Positions 62,729 through 64,000 of a stretch of DNA of 64,000 nt are shown here, one piece after another. The stretch's first letter is position 1. Each line of letters begins with the position of its first letter. Where the stretch lies: contig NMRA01000160.1 in assembly GCA_002633005.1 (NCBI GenBank), positions 689,102 to 753,101 of the forward strand, in the 5' to 3' direction. Below the pieces are notes generated by a model. It was not told the origin of the DNA, did not search any database, and saw nothing but the letters and a program-made list of their open reading frames with translations. The position numbers and the translations under genes were made by a program. This DNA is from Phoronis australis (Eukaryota > Animalia > Phoronida).

Positions 62729-64000
62729 GTAAGTGTAATACACTGTTCAGTTGGTCATTTGAAACTGTCTGGCAACACATTTCGTGTTAGCGTTTACCAA
62801 GGACACTATTTACTCACTTTCTGCAGTAAGAGAAGTAAGCTTCTGATTTAGACAGCTGACCTTTATAAAATTGGCCTATACTTGTCCCTTGCTTATATTA
62901 GAAGAACTTATTGTTATTGCTTAATACCAAGCTCTCTAAGATGTCTCGACTCAGCTGGTCGTTTTATACCACAAAATCAGGATGGCTTGTGTACCAATTT
63001 AACTAGTACTCCAGCTTGGCATATGCTGAATTCAACTTTTTGGACTGTTAATTGTGTCTTTGGAAGCAGGATCTGCTATTGTTTGTAGCTACTCAGTGGT
63101 GGTTCGTAGGATCAGTTTGGTATCTGTAGCATGAGTGTCTCTCTTAGGAGACGCGATTTGGTAGTTCTGTGGGTTGATTTAGTGTTCTGGAGAAGAGATC
63201 AGTGGGTCACCCTGGCTTATCACTTCACGCAGTCCAAATTGTCTTTAGTATCTTGTAGTTCATGTTGTGATTTACAACTTCCCTTATTTAATCAAGCATG
63301 ATGATGTTTGTTCTCGATATATAATTGGGATGAAGTTGAGGTGTTCTGTGTATAGACACTACACAACGAATCCGCACTGTTAAAAGCCTACCTTGAACAA
63401 CGACACAGTTGAATTCGGTTGCTACAACATTTTTGGCATTACACTGAGCAGGGGGTGCTGAAAATTGCCAATTGTAATGAGCGGATAGGTTTATTGATTT
63501 ACAGTTGTCCACATCACTGCAAGAATCCTTATATGGTGTTCTATTGAATACAATTACTTTCTGCCTTTCATTCATTATACTGTCTTCTCCCGGTAATGCA
63601 GTATGGCGTGAAGAGACCACTAGACATATTGTTTGACGAGCCTACGTTTCAGAAATTAATTTTTTATCGGATGTTGCTGACGTATTGGTGGGACAAAGTA
63701 TCAAAAAATATGTTCAAGGAAGGCTATAAGATCATACTGATGGCGGACAGTTCTAACTGAGATGTGCGACCCATTGGGTTTTAAAATGTCTATTGGAGAG
63801 ATTTATCTGTGTCTAGTTCTATTGTAGTTCTCAACTACAGTAGGTTTCAAAGTAAGCTCTACAGCATTGTAATTTGACGTTTCTGCACACAAACTGCAAC
63901 AAAATATCCGTTCTTGTTCTACCCAAACACTGCAGTTCTGGCAAATTCTTGACAAATCTACAAGTGTGGCTCATTGCACCTTGTTGATTTAGCGATAACT

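Noticed and set aside
1-64000. Copy 1 as a pseudogene
   Set aside because: No stops or frameshifts, splice sites intact, indels in frame, and several exons show only silent changes; expression is still unproven

Overview
AT-rich, intron-rich animal genomic DNA, probably from an invertebrate bilaterian. It is not prokaryotic, and almost all ORFs in the supplied track are spurious. The window holds two head-to-tail paralogues of an hnRNP K-like gene (NLS-KH1-KH2-RGG-KH3), both on the + strand. Copy 1 has 12 visible coding exons from 1407 to the stop at 40136; its start exon lies upstream of the window. Copy 2 has its ATG at 48675 and 11 visible coding exons to 62728, then runs off the end. All exons have GT-AG boundaries and compatible phases. 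Amino-acid differences between the paralogues cluster in the RNA-contacting loops of KH1 and KH2. Copy 1 is also shorter by three in-frame indels and has a tandemly duplicated terminal exon. Its introns are inflated by nested, co-oriented DINE-1/HINE-like (non-autonomous Helentron) elements whose ~452-bp tandem unit carries three CTCF-consensus-like motifs; the homologous introns of copy 2 lack these insertions. Also present are Kolobok-like THAP remnants, several MITEs, an ORF1-only LINE-like element, CR1/L2 RT fragments, microsatellites and assembly gaps. All alignments and counts were done by eye.
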